Of a DNA stretch of 64,000 bases, positions 44,356 to 55,372 are shown in pieces. The DNA comes from Schmidtea nova (lineage: Eukaryota): positions 191,952,001 through 192,016,000 of the forward strand of contig CM097883.1 of the NCBI GenBank assembly GCA_044892505.1. Reading direction: 5' to 3'. Numbering within the stretch: the first letter of the stretch is position 1; every line of letters begins with the position of its first letter. A program made the position numbers and the translations under genes. The notes under the pieces were generated by a model that did no database searches, had not been told where the DNA came from, and saw only the letters and a list, made by a program, of their open reading frames with translations.

Positions 44356-44981
44356 TAAAGACATAATATATGCAACCGAATTTTAATATATCGCTTAAGC
44401 TGGAAATCCACATAAATCTTTCATCATCATTAGGAAAAGAAGCCTCCCGTCAAATCTCGTCCACGTTACAGAAATTGAGGATGTTTCATGATAATTTTAC
44501 CACATTGCTTTTATTTAAGGAAATCCAAGGCTATATTTTTGGATGTGTTGGGTTATTAACAAATAGTAGCTTGATATCTGACTCATGTGTCCTTCTCTGA
44601 TAACAATAACGAAAACCAAACACAATAATCTTTATTTTCAAATTTATTTTCAATCCACACAATAATCTTTAATAACACAAGTTCAATTATACAATTCTCG
44701 GTCTGCTTTTTTCAGCGTTAGGGCAGGTGTTTCAATGGGAAATCTCCCTTTCTGGTATGCAAGAAGATTAAGTTAATCTAGATTCTAACCTTTAGTTCTC
44801 TCTTAAAGTTTCTTTCTGTCGCTTGTGATTTTCGTCACAATGTTACAATTATAAATATTTTTTATCTTCGACCACAATAGCAATCCTGGCAACTCACCCT
44901 GAGTTGATATAGTGACTTTGTCACTTCAGCCTGTCGATTTAATTCATTTTCGATACTTGCTTTATAGGTCCTCTAAACAAA

Positions 44982-45125
44982 TTATTCAAATTGTCTTACT
45001 ACTGGTTTTGTTACTTCCTGCTCTATTGACAACATAGCCACCTCCTCTAACTTATCTTGTTGCATGTTAGAAGGGGATAGTGAGTGCTTAGTACCACTTT
45101 TTTCCCATGTTGCAATGGTTGCTAG
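44982..45125 (-). pseudogene. hAT transposase C-terminal dimerisation-domain remnant
   Basis: TIATWEKSGTK..SNMQQDKLEEVAMLSIEQEV resembles the hAT motif ERSFS..STMSQERL..LA.LSIE. Confidence 0.5.
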
Positions 45126-45137
45126 ATTAAATATACA

Positions 45138-45420
45138 CATCAATATATAATCTCCAGGGAAGATGTTGCTAGAGTAAACACACGAGAATGGGTTTTCTTC
45201 TAAGGACCTGTTGCTTACGTAAATAAACACATTAAGGTGTATTCCCTGCGAAACCTGTTGCTAAGATAAACACGCGCGTCAAATAGGAGTTCGCTAGGAA
45301 CCTGTAGTTAAGGTAAACAAATACATCAATATATAATCTCCGTCGAAGATGTTGCTTGGGTAAACACATACATTAATATATAGTCTCCGGGGAAGATGTT
45401 GCTAAGGTAAAACACACCCA
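45138..45420. repeat. Degenerate dispersed ~45-50-bp repeats (catcaatatataatctcc..gaagatgttgct..gtaaacac)
   Basis: Three recognisable copies near 45139, 45326 and 45372. Confidence 0.6.
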
Positions 45421-46019
45421 TACCATTATTATTAGCCGTACCAAGTAACATATGATAATAGTTTTATTTATTTGAATGGCATTTTATTTTAATTAAGTGA
45501 TTAACATTTCGAATAGTAGTGCAACATATTCTTAACTGATAACTTTCGATATATAATTTAATTTGAGTTAAATGAACTTTATAGAATCGAATGTGAAAAC
45601 TATGAAAACGAATGAAATGAATGCGAGAATTGTGAGAGTATTCGAAAGATATAAAGATAATTCAACAGAGGGAAACTGCAAGAGCGGATGAAATTTATTA
45701 TTAATTGTAAACAGAAATAATTATTTTTAAATTAAAGAAAAATGATTGAAATAAATCATAAATATTTTTTATACTATTCAGGATTACAAATCCGAACGAC
45801 AAAACCAGACCGAGTCCAATCTTAATAACACATAAAATTTTTGAAAATAATTAAACATAACAGTCTAAAGAAATATAAAACTAAATACAATGAAACCAAT
45901 TATTTTTAACAAAGTTTTATTCATTACAAATGAGAATTTGAGATATAATTTGAATTGAGAGCTGGATCTGGAACTGGAACACTAACTTGATCTTTTGATT
46001 GGTCTATAAACGAATCACA

Positions 46020-46398
46020 TTCCTTATAATGTTCATATGCAAGACTTTCATTTTCCCCACTTAAAGCCTTTTATCATCCAAGTTCAGTAAGGCTACTTTA
46101 TGGTTTTTATTAGTAAATAATTGATGATCTTTGCTAATTATTCGTGATTAAGCAACAGAAACCATCGAATTATTATTACAATCCAGGTACGACTGATGTT
46201 TCAAGTCTGTACCCTTCAATGTTATACCCTTAGCCTTAATGATCTCTTTATCACCTAAAAGACTGTAACACTCTGGCCTAAGAAACACCCACTCAATATA
46301 CTTGAATCATTTATTGTCGTCTTTGAATTTACCAATGACGGAATCTAGATTTTTCGAGTATAAGGTATGATTAGGGTCATAATTCGAAGTATCTAAAA
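46020..46398 (-). pseudogene. Family B DNA polymerase C-terminal remnant (Polinton/Maverick-like)
   Basis: Translates LDTSNYDPNHTLYS..VIGKFKD..FLRPECYS..IKAKGI..KVALLNLDDKR with stops. Confidence 0.75.
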
Positions 46399-46458
46399 CA
46401 TTTGTCGGTTCACTTTACTTGTTAAAAACAAACTGTACTGGATTTATCTAATCTAAGA

Positions 46459-46710
46459 ATGTATCAACTCCAGTATGAAGAATTACAAAACTATCGTAAT
46501 GAATTCAACTGTGAGATTGGTATTGTCGCTGGTGATACAGATTCTTTCATTTTGGAAGTTAAAAATTGTAAGTTGGATATTCTTTTGTCGGCTATGGTTA
46601 GGGATAGGCTTTTAGATACCTCGAATTATGACCCAAATCATACCTTGTACTCGAAAAATCTAGATTCCGTCATTGGTAAATTCAAAGACGAGAATAAATG
46701 ACTCAAGTAT
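46459..46710 (+). pseudogene. Family B DNA polymerase fragment with the DTDS motif, inverted relative to the neighbouring remnant
   Basis: AGDTDSF..LLDTSNYDPNHTLYSKNLDSVIGKFKDE. Confidence 0.8.
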
Positions 46711-47789
46711 CAGAAGTAATTTTATCAACCCGAGAAAATTGCCGTTTTGGGGTTTATAAAGTTTATCCCAATTTCCACGAAAAGCTAAATTTCTACTTGT
46801 TAAAAAAAGAATTATTTCTACTATTCTTTTTAAAACATTTTAAAATTTTTCAATTTTGTTGTCTCTTAATTTTAAAGAAGTCTGGTCAATTAAATATTTG
46901 TGTTTCATACCATTTTCTAAGAAATTCAACTTCATTTTACATTCGTAATGACGTTGAGATGTTTCGTGTTCATTTAGTTTATCACCTACATGTTTCCAGT
47001 CATTAAAACCATTTATAAAAGAATTATTCTGAGTCCTGTTATGAAATAACTTGCAAACGAAACAATATAATTGTTATTTCAGAATGAAATAACCATTTTC
47101 TCTGAACAATTTCTCCATTAGGCAATAATCTATTACAATATTTTTTACCTTTATCTGCTGGAGAAGTTTTCATTTTGTCACTATTAAATTTATGTTACAC
47201 AATTTCTACACGCAATTTGTCATTTATTATATCGGGAAATTTTGAAATTTTGAAAATATTTAATTTAGTAGAATTCTGTTCCGTAGATGTTGATGTTGAA
47301 GGTTGATCTTCCGTTATTGAATCAACTTTACTTAACTAGTTTTCATCCTCGTTAGAGCCCGCTTCATCTGCATCTTGATTATTCTCCGTTTGTTTATAAG
47401 GAGGCAGCAGATGACATGACATGCACAGACATGTAAAGAAATAACCTTAACGAGCGAGATGCTATCGCTGTCGAATGGAGAGTGAGGGTGATTTTAGAGG
47501 TGTATCCGTGTGTTATTTACGAGATTTATTTTTAACCCTTGATGATTACTCGTAGGTCACACATACAGCACTATACTTTTAATATTTAGGTACTAAATTT
47601 TGGGCAGGATTTTTGTTGTCTTCAAAATTCGTAATGTTGCATTTATTAAACATAAAAGTTGCAATAACGGAAAGTCTTGCATTATTTATTTTGTTTGTTA
47701 TTTTATTGCCCTGCAACTTTTTTAGACGCCGCGCTTTGATCCGAAGCCATCTATTATTTAAAGTCTTTTCATTGCTTTCTGTGTCTATA

Positions 47790-48280
47790 GTTACTGGTTC
47801 TTTCAGCTTCCAAACGTTTTCCACCGCCCGCAACAGCTCGACGACCAGCTACAAATCCACTGGGATCGGCTTTGAATAACAGTGGCTTATCCATCTCTTT
47901 ATCACAAGAAAATGCGATCATTGAACAGCCTAATGGCATCATTGCAGCTGATTGAGTGTACAATTGATTAATATCGGCTATACATCGACAAATCCTGTCA
48001 CCGGACATACCGAAATCAAAGCTGCATTAACATCGTGCAATTTCCAGTTGTGCACGGCATACTTGCGATCCGCAATCAGGAATCATTCCGGCCTAACGCA
48101 ACCGGTACTCTCTGGAACTTCTCTTTGTGTAGCAACTACGCCACAATCATTATCTCGAACATCAACAGAAAGTAATCCATCCAACGCCATCGCTTTAAAT
48201 GCCAAGTCGACTTGAAATAATCTACCTTCGGGTGAAAAAATAGTCATATGAGGATCAAAAACTCTCGAACTCGAAGACAT
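47790..48280 (-). pseudogene. PSMA6: 20S proteasome alpha subunit (alpha1/PSMA6-like) intronless pseudogene
   Basis: [32 protein letters not shown] and ICRCIADINQLYTQSAAMMPLGCSM..FKADPSG. Frameshifted and 3'-truncated. Confidence 0.85.
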
Positions 48281-48524
48281 TTATTAAAATTGAATATTCC
48301 GAAAATAAAAAATTCCAACCAAATTCCAAAATTTAACCCAAGTTAATTACAATTAAATCACAATTTAAATTCAAAAGTTCCAATATTTTTCTTCCTCAAG
48401 GATACCAAAACGAAACCAAAATCAAACAACGCAAAAACCAATTAATTCCAAATAATCCAGTTAAACAAATCTCTAAAAAACCCAAAATCGAAAAAATTCC
48501 AAAAATCCACCAATCGCTATTCGA

Positions 48525-48920
48525 TTTAGCCCGAAGGCTTTCACAATCCATTAGATTTAGATTATATCTTTTAGAAATTCCATTGTGACAAAATAATTGA
48601 ACAATTAAATTGCAAGATTGTTCATTGAAATCAGTTTACATTTATCAACACTTTTGGTTATATTGCTAGACCGAAATACCGACATACATGATTTCACAGT
48701 CAATTTACAATTAAATTTGATGGATTTACCATCGCAAATACTTTCAAAAAAAGACGATTTGAATTGAAATCTACCAAATGCTGAACGAGAATTATTGACT
48801 GTTCTGAGGCTTAATTCATTTCCATCCCACTCGAAATATATATCATCTCCTAACTTTGAGAGTGAAATAATACATCGCGAAAAATCCTTAAGTTCTTTAG
48901 ATAAAAATTGATAACTTCAT
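48525..48920 (-). pseudogene. rad9: Rad9 (9-1-1 clamp) N-terminal retro-pseudogene
   Basis: Across frameshifts: MKLSI..SRCIISLSKLGDDIY.EWDGNELSLRTVNNSRSAFGRFQF..FF..NCKLTVKSCMSVFRS..SVDKC..LIVQLFCHNGISKRYNLNLMDCESL, collinear with the Rad9 N-terminus as I recall it. Confidence 0.85.
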
Positions 48921-49006
48921 TAAATTCAATTTAATTATTTGAAAGATTATTTGCTTATTTTGCTTTTGTTTTTTTAAAATTTTTTTTTAAACTTGCTTCA
49001 ACTTCT

Positions 49007-49030
49007 CATATAAGATTTATATAGATTTCG
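49007..49030 (-). other. Spliced-leader remnant at the 5' end of the rad9 retrocopy
   Basis: Minus strand CGAAATCTATATAAATCTTATATG equals the last 24 nt of the S. mediterranea SL as recalled. No GT donor follows, so it is not an SL RNA gene. Confidence 0.8.
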
Positions 49031-49538
49031 TTTAAGGGCTTCCGGCTTCCAGGCTCGCCCCACAATCTCTCACAGCAATCCAGCCCCGCAATTTATTATT
49101 TAATTATTTTTAAAATTATTTTAAAGGCGGGCGCGACCAGTTACAATGGCTACAGTTCTTTATAAATTGAGAATTTACATATTAATTCCATTTTATATTG
49201 TGAAAAAATGTCCTTTCTTTATAGCTGAGAATTTAATAGTGGAATTCAATTGTTCAATGTTTAAAATTACTTTTTTTGTCTACGAGTATAATACGCACCT
49301 TTATTTTTGCTTACTAAAATCTGAAAAAAGTGCGTATTATAGTCAAGATTTTACGGATCATCGACATTAAAAATGCAGGGAAAGACCTGCGTTAAAATCC
49401 GACTTGTAGAAAACGTTTCATTCGGTGTCTATAATTGTTAGAATATGAAAGCGCGGGGCCTCGGGAAAATAACTGAAGTTCCGACCTCTGAGCCGGCCCT
49501 GTATTTAACACAAATTGATCAACACAAATTACAATCTT

Positions 49539-50220
49539 TGTTATACACACTTTTGATCAATTTACGTTTTCTTTTGGATTCGGATTTGACTCTTTAGTTA
49601 AAAGGATACTTTCTCACTTTGTCTGTTTGGTTTCTTCGGGATCTTTCTTTATTTGTTTTCGAACCAGTTTTAATATTCCCTCTTTTTAACTATCAACTCG
49701 TCCGCCCCGTCCTCTGTTTTGCGCTGCCTTTTATAGTTCTCGCAAATAGCAATTAGGTTTAATCAATATCTAAAAGTTAACCAATCTCGGGTTTAATTGT
49801 TTTGCTAACAAATAATTTTAATTACCCTCGGATGGATTTTTCCTAATTGCCCCGACTTTGATCTCTCGAGTCTCTTTGCACTCGGGCTTTCCTCATCGCT
49901 CGAATTTCCCTTTGTCTCGGGCTTCCCATTGCCTCGGGTTTCCCATTGAGCGATTAATTAATTTTAATTAGTTTGTTTTTATTAAATAACTTTCTCTGGG
50001 GACCCCTTATTAAATTTCTATTATTATTTTTGGGTTCATCTTTTGATTTGGTATTCAAACATACCCATTTCCCCCAGTGAATATTAACTTTAAATTTTTG
50101 ATAAATTTTAATTAATTTTCGCATTTTAATTAATTTTGATATTTCTTGTTACTTTTGTGATTTTTATACTAACCCCAACATATCTCACCCCTTTATTTAA
50201 GATTCGTCCTCGAATCTATC
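49539..50220 (-). mobile_element. Probable 3' LTR (49539-50181) of a truncated gypsy element with PPT
   Basis: Minus strand TTCGAGGACGAATC..AAATAAAGGGGTGAGA then TGTTGGGG...TAACA. Contains TATAAAAG and AATAAA. Homologous to window positions 1-310. Confidence 0.55.
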
Positions 50221-51339
50221 TTTTAATTTATTAAAATGGTATAATCCACTCAATACCATTATTATATATACTAATAATAATTTAGCTTATAAATAAGATG
50301 GTAGAGTAATCTCAATACCAACTACAATAAAATATTTTACTATAATAATATTGAATGCTAGTGTAGTGCCTCCGTTATTTATATAGTATTACAATATTTA
50401 TATGTAGAAATTTAATTAAATATCATTATATTTATATATTAAAATTAAATATTAATATATATTAAAAAATTAAACTCGATTTGTTTAAATCACCAAAAAA
50501 GGACATTTTTCTTCAGATTCAAAAAAAAAGAACACTTTTCTTCAGATATAAAAAAATGACACTTTTCTCAAGATTCAAGAAAACCACAATCAAGAAAGAA
50601 TATTCACTAAACAATTTCAGAACAGTATTATTGGATCATCCATTTCAAAAGCTGATATGCAACAAACAATTAAATTTGAATATAAATAAAATGTTTAGTT
50701 ATTTTATTGTATTATTATATATTAGTTCCGCTGCTAAAAATGGTGTCAGAAATCCTCCTGATGACAGTCAAACAGGACTGTTTACAAAGCAGCAAATGAA
50801 CCAATTACCACAATAAATGAATGAAATAATTCTAATAAACAATCGGTTTAGAGAAAATTCCGTCGAAGATAGCCCTTTACAATTCATGCAAGCCCAGTTG
50901 AATTTGCAAAGCCAAAAGTTTCCCAATTCTCACATTCCATTTGCAAATCCAACCGGAAACTTCCGACAAGAAAGACCTCAAATGAAGGAATTCAATGATC
51001 CAAGTTGTCACAAATCGCTGCCAAAGATGAATGTGATGCCCAACAATAAGAATCCAAATAGCCGGCGTTCTTTCCAACAGGAATTCAATAAACCGAACGA
51101 GCACTATCGGCATTATTCCTACAATAATCTGCCATTTAACAGCAATAACGAAAGAAACAAATATTTCAATGATCAACCTTCAGTAATCTATCTTCAACAT
51201 CCACACGGCGAGTTATATTTTAAATTTATACTATTAATTAATTATTTATTATACGCATTCATCTTAAATCACGTAATATTATATATAATATTTATTATAA
51301 TTATAAAATTTAATGCTGTACAATTTTTCTACTCTCCCA

Positions 51340-52358
51340 TGAAAGTCTGTGCTAATAACCCCACTCAATCCACCACGTACAACAACGAGTCTTTCGCCAC
51401 TTCCCCAACATATGTCCTAACGCGTTTCAACTACAAAACACGCCAAATCCCCATTTTCACGGATTTGCACACTGATATCGCCACCTCTCATTTGATGAAT
51501 AGGAATGATTTTTACATGACGTTCAACGGTTTCCCAGTTTCATCACTCACCGACATTCCACCTAATGCTATCATAGAAATTCATTGCCGCGTTTTAGGAG
51601 GCGTCCGACCCACTATAGAACCGCCTTATTCATCCACTTCACGCCCAATCTTGTTCTTTTTGTATCCCGACGGCACACCCTCGTCGTGGTTCCGCATTTT
51701 CGAATCGCGCACGTCTTCCTTTCCAAAATCACGCGCCAATTACCTACTCGACAGCTTACCATCTGAATTGATAGCCGAGCTTACCCCGAAAATAGCCGAC
51801 GCGCTTTACGCAGACAACCTGTATGATGATCTCAAATCCCTGATAGTGTCAAAATACACCTCATCACAAACCCAAGCTCTCACAAAGCTTTTGGCACCAC
51901 AAAATTACGCAGGACAACAACCAAGCCTGTTCCTAGCACAGATTGCCCGCTCCAACGACATCGTCATTCCAGATCTGTCCAAAAACATTCAACTCTTAAA
52001 ACACCAATGTCTCTCCGCACTTCCATATAATCTACAAACCTCCCTCGCATCAATAGACTCTGAAGACCCGTACCATCTTGCTAAAATAGCTGATCGCATT
52101 TATACACTCCAACCCCATAAACCGCGCGCTGATAATTACACACCACCACCGCCACCTTCCATTGTCAACGCAACACATTCACCCGAAAACCACTACACCT
52201 GCAACGTCACAAAGTATTCCAACTATACACCTCCATCACAGCAAGCACAACGCCCCTGTCATCCACCTGTTACACGCACACAGAACATACAACCCAGTAG
52301 CAGCGCACCACTAATTTGCTATTTCCACTGCCGATTCAAAAAACATGCACAGAAATAG
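51340..52358 (+). pseudogene. Ubl-like segment ending RVLGG fused to a retrotransposon Gag remnant (DUF7041/Mag-like)
   Basis: PSSWF..FE..LPSELI..LYDDLK..SQTQAL.KLL..QQPS.FL..LP..LQ..LA..LAKIADRIY and CYFHCRF. No pol follows. Confidence 0.65.
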
Positions 52359-52687
52359 CAACAATAATAATACTTACAATTCTAAGTTCTAGAGTAGGGG
52401 ATAGTAAGAACACAGGACCAAGCCATTTATCCCTAAACTGTATATACTACGTAATAATTATACAGTTACCTTACCCCACCCCCATCACCCAATATTACAT
52501 AATGTTATATATTATTACATAATCATCACGCAAGTAACATGTAATTATTATGTGATTATTACGTCACTATTACGTAATTAATACGTCATTATCACATCCT
52601 ATATCTATGTCCATCAACTTCATCATATTTCAAAATAGCTAAAATGCTATAAATGAAACACAAGTCAGTAGACAGAAGTGTGCTCCA

Positions 52688-53434
52688 TGACTCATCGGTA
52701 AACAAAGACAATGACGTCATCGATGAGTCACCCATACCCCCGCCCCCCCCCCGATGACTCATTTTTTTCTTTGTTATGACTCATCGATATTGTCATCGAT
52801 GACTCATTTCAAATTTGAATTTTATGACGTCATCGATGACTCATTTAAAATTTAAAATTTAAATTTAAATTTCCAAAAGTCAAATAAGGTCAAACCTTCA
52901 AACAAGGGTATCATTCGAAAGGTCTTGGAGAGGTCTATCCAATGGTCATACCCTCGAAGGTCTATGGAAGGTCATTAACCTTCAAGGGGTCAAAAACCTT
53001 TAACCTTTTACAATCCTTACAAGTTATATATCAAACAAAAGGTAATTGAGAGGTTAGTATGATGGTCATACCTTCGAAGGTCTATGGATGGTCTTGAACC
53101 TTCAAGGGGTAAAAACCTTTAACCTTTTACAATCCTTACAAGTTATATATCAAACAAAAGGTAATTGAGAGGTAAGTATGATGGTCATACTTTCGAAGTT
53201 GTATGGAGGGTCCTGAACCTTGAAAGGGTCAAAAACCTTCAACCTTTTTTTATCCTTATAATATGTACATCAAACAAAAGGTAATTGAAGAGTGAGTATA
53301 ATGATCATACCATTGAAGATTAAATTGTTTTCTTAATGACTCATCAGTATGATTTATTTGGATGACTCATTGGGATGACTCATCTAAATGACTCATCTAA
53401 ATGACTCATCGGTATGACTCATTGGTGTGACTCA
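52688..53434. promoter_or_regulatory. Two clusters of AP-1-type TGA(C/G)TCA sites (6 and 7) plus 2 TGACGTCA
   Basis: Counted directly. Function is not shown by the sequence. Confidence 0.5.
52943..53310. repeat. ~120-bp tandem repeat, about 3 copies
   Basis: tggtcatac..gaagg unit starts at 52943, 53063, 53182, 53302. Confidence 0.9.
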
Positions 53435-53642
53435 TCATTATGAATCATCAATAAAAACAAATATTAACAAAGACATTGCAATGCACGTGAAAATTAACAA
53501 AGACTTTGCAAAGTGAATGCAAAGAAACAAAGACTAATGAAATATAACTTTTAATAATAATAATTTTTTGTACACAGATAACTTGTGTGTGTGTTTAAGA
53601 CTAAATACTGTACTCATTGAACGCGCGTGAAACGCGCGTTCT

Positions 53643-54044
53643 NNNNNNNNNNNNNNNNNNNNNNNNNNNNNNNNNNNNNNNNNNNNNNNNNNNNNNNNNN
53701 NNNNNNNNNNNNNNNNNNNNNNNNNNNNNNNNNNNNNNNNNNNNNNNNNNNNNNNNNNNNNNNNNNNNNNNNNNNNNNNNNNNNNNNNNNNNNNNNNNNN
53801 NNNNNNNNNNNNNNNNNNNNNNNNNNNNNNNNNNNNNNNNNNNNNNNNNNNNNNNNNNNNNNNNNNNNNNNNNNNNNNNNNNNNNNNNNNNNNNNNNNNN
53901 NNNNNNNNNNNNNNNNNNNNNNNNNNNNNNNNNNNNNNNNNNNNNNNNNNNNNNNNNNNNNNNNNNNNNNNNNNNNNNNNNNNNNNNNNNNNNNNNNNNN
54001 NNNNNNNNNNNNNNNNNNNNNNNNNNNNNNNNNNNNNNNNNNNN
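53643..54044. other. Assembly gap (N run)
   Basis: N characters. Confidence 1.
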
Positions 54045-54053
54045 CACGCAACT

Positions 54054-55301
54054 ATGACTTGCATGCCTCAACATGCGCACACTGCTGGTGATCACTCATC
54101 CGCGAAGAGCAAATTGCCTAATTCTGTAGATCGATTATTATCTGAATTATTGAATAATCAAATTACGATATCTAAATCTCTTTTGGAATATTTGTATAAA
54201 TCTTGTGCAGATAAAGAAGAAAATTGTGTTCAGCAAAATGTGGATTACCCTTCTGTCAATAAGCATTTGGCTTCGATTGAAACTTCATCTCTCAATATGG
54301 CTGAAAATATTGGATGTTTTTCTAAAGAAATTTCTAAATCAACTGGAGAAAATGACATTTCTATTCAACAACCTGTGGATTTTTCTCCTTCTTCGTTTAG
54401 CAATCGCTTGGACTCGTTGGAGGAATCATTTCGCAATATGGCTGAAAAGGTAGATTGTTTTATTTCGAATTTTTCTAATGAATTGTCAGATAAATCTCTA
54501 AATGTAAATAAATCTTTTAATAATAAACACTTTCCAAAATCTGCTGAAATTAATTTAATTAATGATCAATCATTTAATTCTAACTCTACCCCTTTTCAAA
54601 ATTTGGAAGTTTCTGTTAGTAAAAATAAAAAAATAGTAAAATTTAATAAACACTCAACTGAATCTGTCAACCGTAAAAGTAATAGTCTTAATTTTAAAAT
54701 TCTGGTCCGTATTCTAACGAAACGTGAACGACAGCAAATTTTTAGTAAATTCCCAGATCTTCTCCCATTGATTAAACTTAAGGATTCTAAAAATAAATAT
54801 ATTAAAATTAATCAATTTCTTAGTAGCGAGAAATTAAATGAAAATCCCCTCAACATTAAAGATTTTGATCATTTCTTTTTTAGAAATTTAAATATTTGTG
54901 TTTTTTGTAAAATAAACAATAAACCCAATAATATTTCTTCACCCAAAGCTGATATTTTTAAAAATAACATATCATTAATTGATCACAACATAATCAAATC
55001 TTATCCAGTTCTTTCTGAATATATTCCAGCTCCAATGTCTATAAGAAAGTTTTTATTTAATCTCTCTACTGAACTTTCGGAGACTGTTTCTATCAAAAAT
55101 GAGAAATTTAGGGAAAATAGAATTAATAACATCATTAATTCTCTCAAAATTAAACAACAAATGCCAAATTATTTGATAAAATCGAATATTAAGTACGTTA
55201 ATGGGGAATTTGCCATGTTAGATTTAACTAATGCAAAAGCGAAATTTAACGATAGCAAGACCTTGACAGCTTCAAATTCCTCCGAACTTTCGAGAAGTTA
55301 G
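54054..55301 (+). CDS. N-terminal ORF of the non-LTR element (N/S/K-rich, 415 aa)
   Basis: Long ORF on the same strand. It can be joined to the next ORF by a 32-nt GT-AG intron. Confidence 0.55.
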   Translation: MTCMPQHAHTAGDHSSAKSKLPNSVDRLLSELLNNQITISKSLLEYLYKSCADKEENCVQQNVDYPSVNKHLASIETSSLNMAENIGCFSKEISKSTGENDISIQQPVDFSPSSFSNRLDSLEESFRNMAEKVDCFISNFSNELSDKSLNVNKSFNNKHFPKSAEINLINDQSFNSNSTPFQNLEVSVSKNKKIVKFNKHSTESVNRKSNSLNFKILVRILTKRERQQIFSKFPDLLPLIKLKDSKNKYIKINQFLSSEKLNENPLNIKDFDHFFFRNLNICVFCKINNKPNNISSPKADIFKNNISLIDHNIIKSYPVLSEYIPAPMSIRKFLFNLSTELSETVSIKNEKFRENRINNIINSLKIKQQMPNYLIKSNIKYVNGEFAMLDLTNAKAKFNDSKTLTASNSSELSRS

Positions 55302-55372
55302 ATAAAATCCATGTACTAATTTTTATAGATTTTGTTGAAAATTCTGCGACTAGATCATTATCGATTGTAAAA

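Noticed and set aside
49040-49501. hAT-type MITE end (CAGGGCCGGC at 49492-49501, minus strand)
   Set aside because: No matching opposite terminus or 8-bp TSD found.
50817-52358. 513-aa ORF as a single gene
   Set aside because: It is a composite: a Q/N-rich exon-like piece, an AT-rich intron-like stretch (~51210-51340) and a Gag remnant.
53534-54095. ORFs spanning N runs (also 61291-61682)
   Set aside because: Artefacts of assembly gaps.
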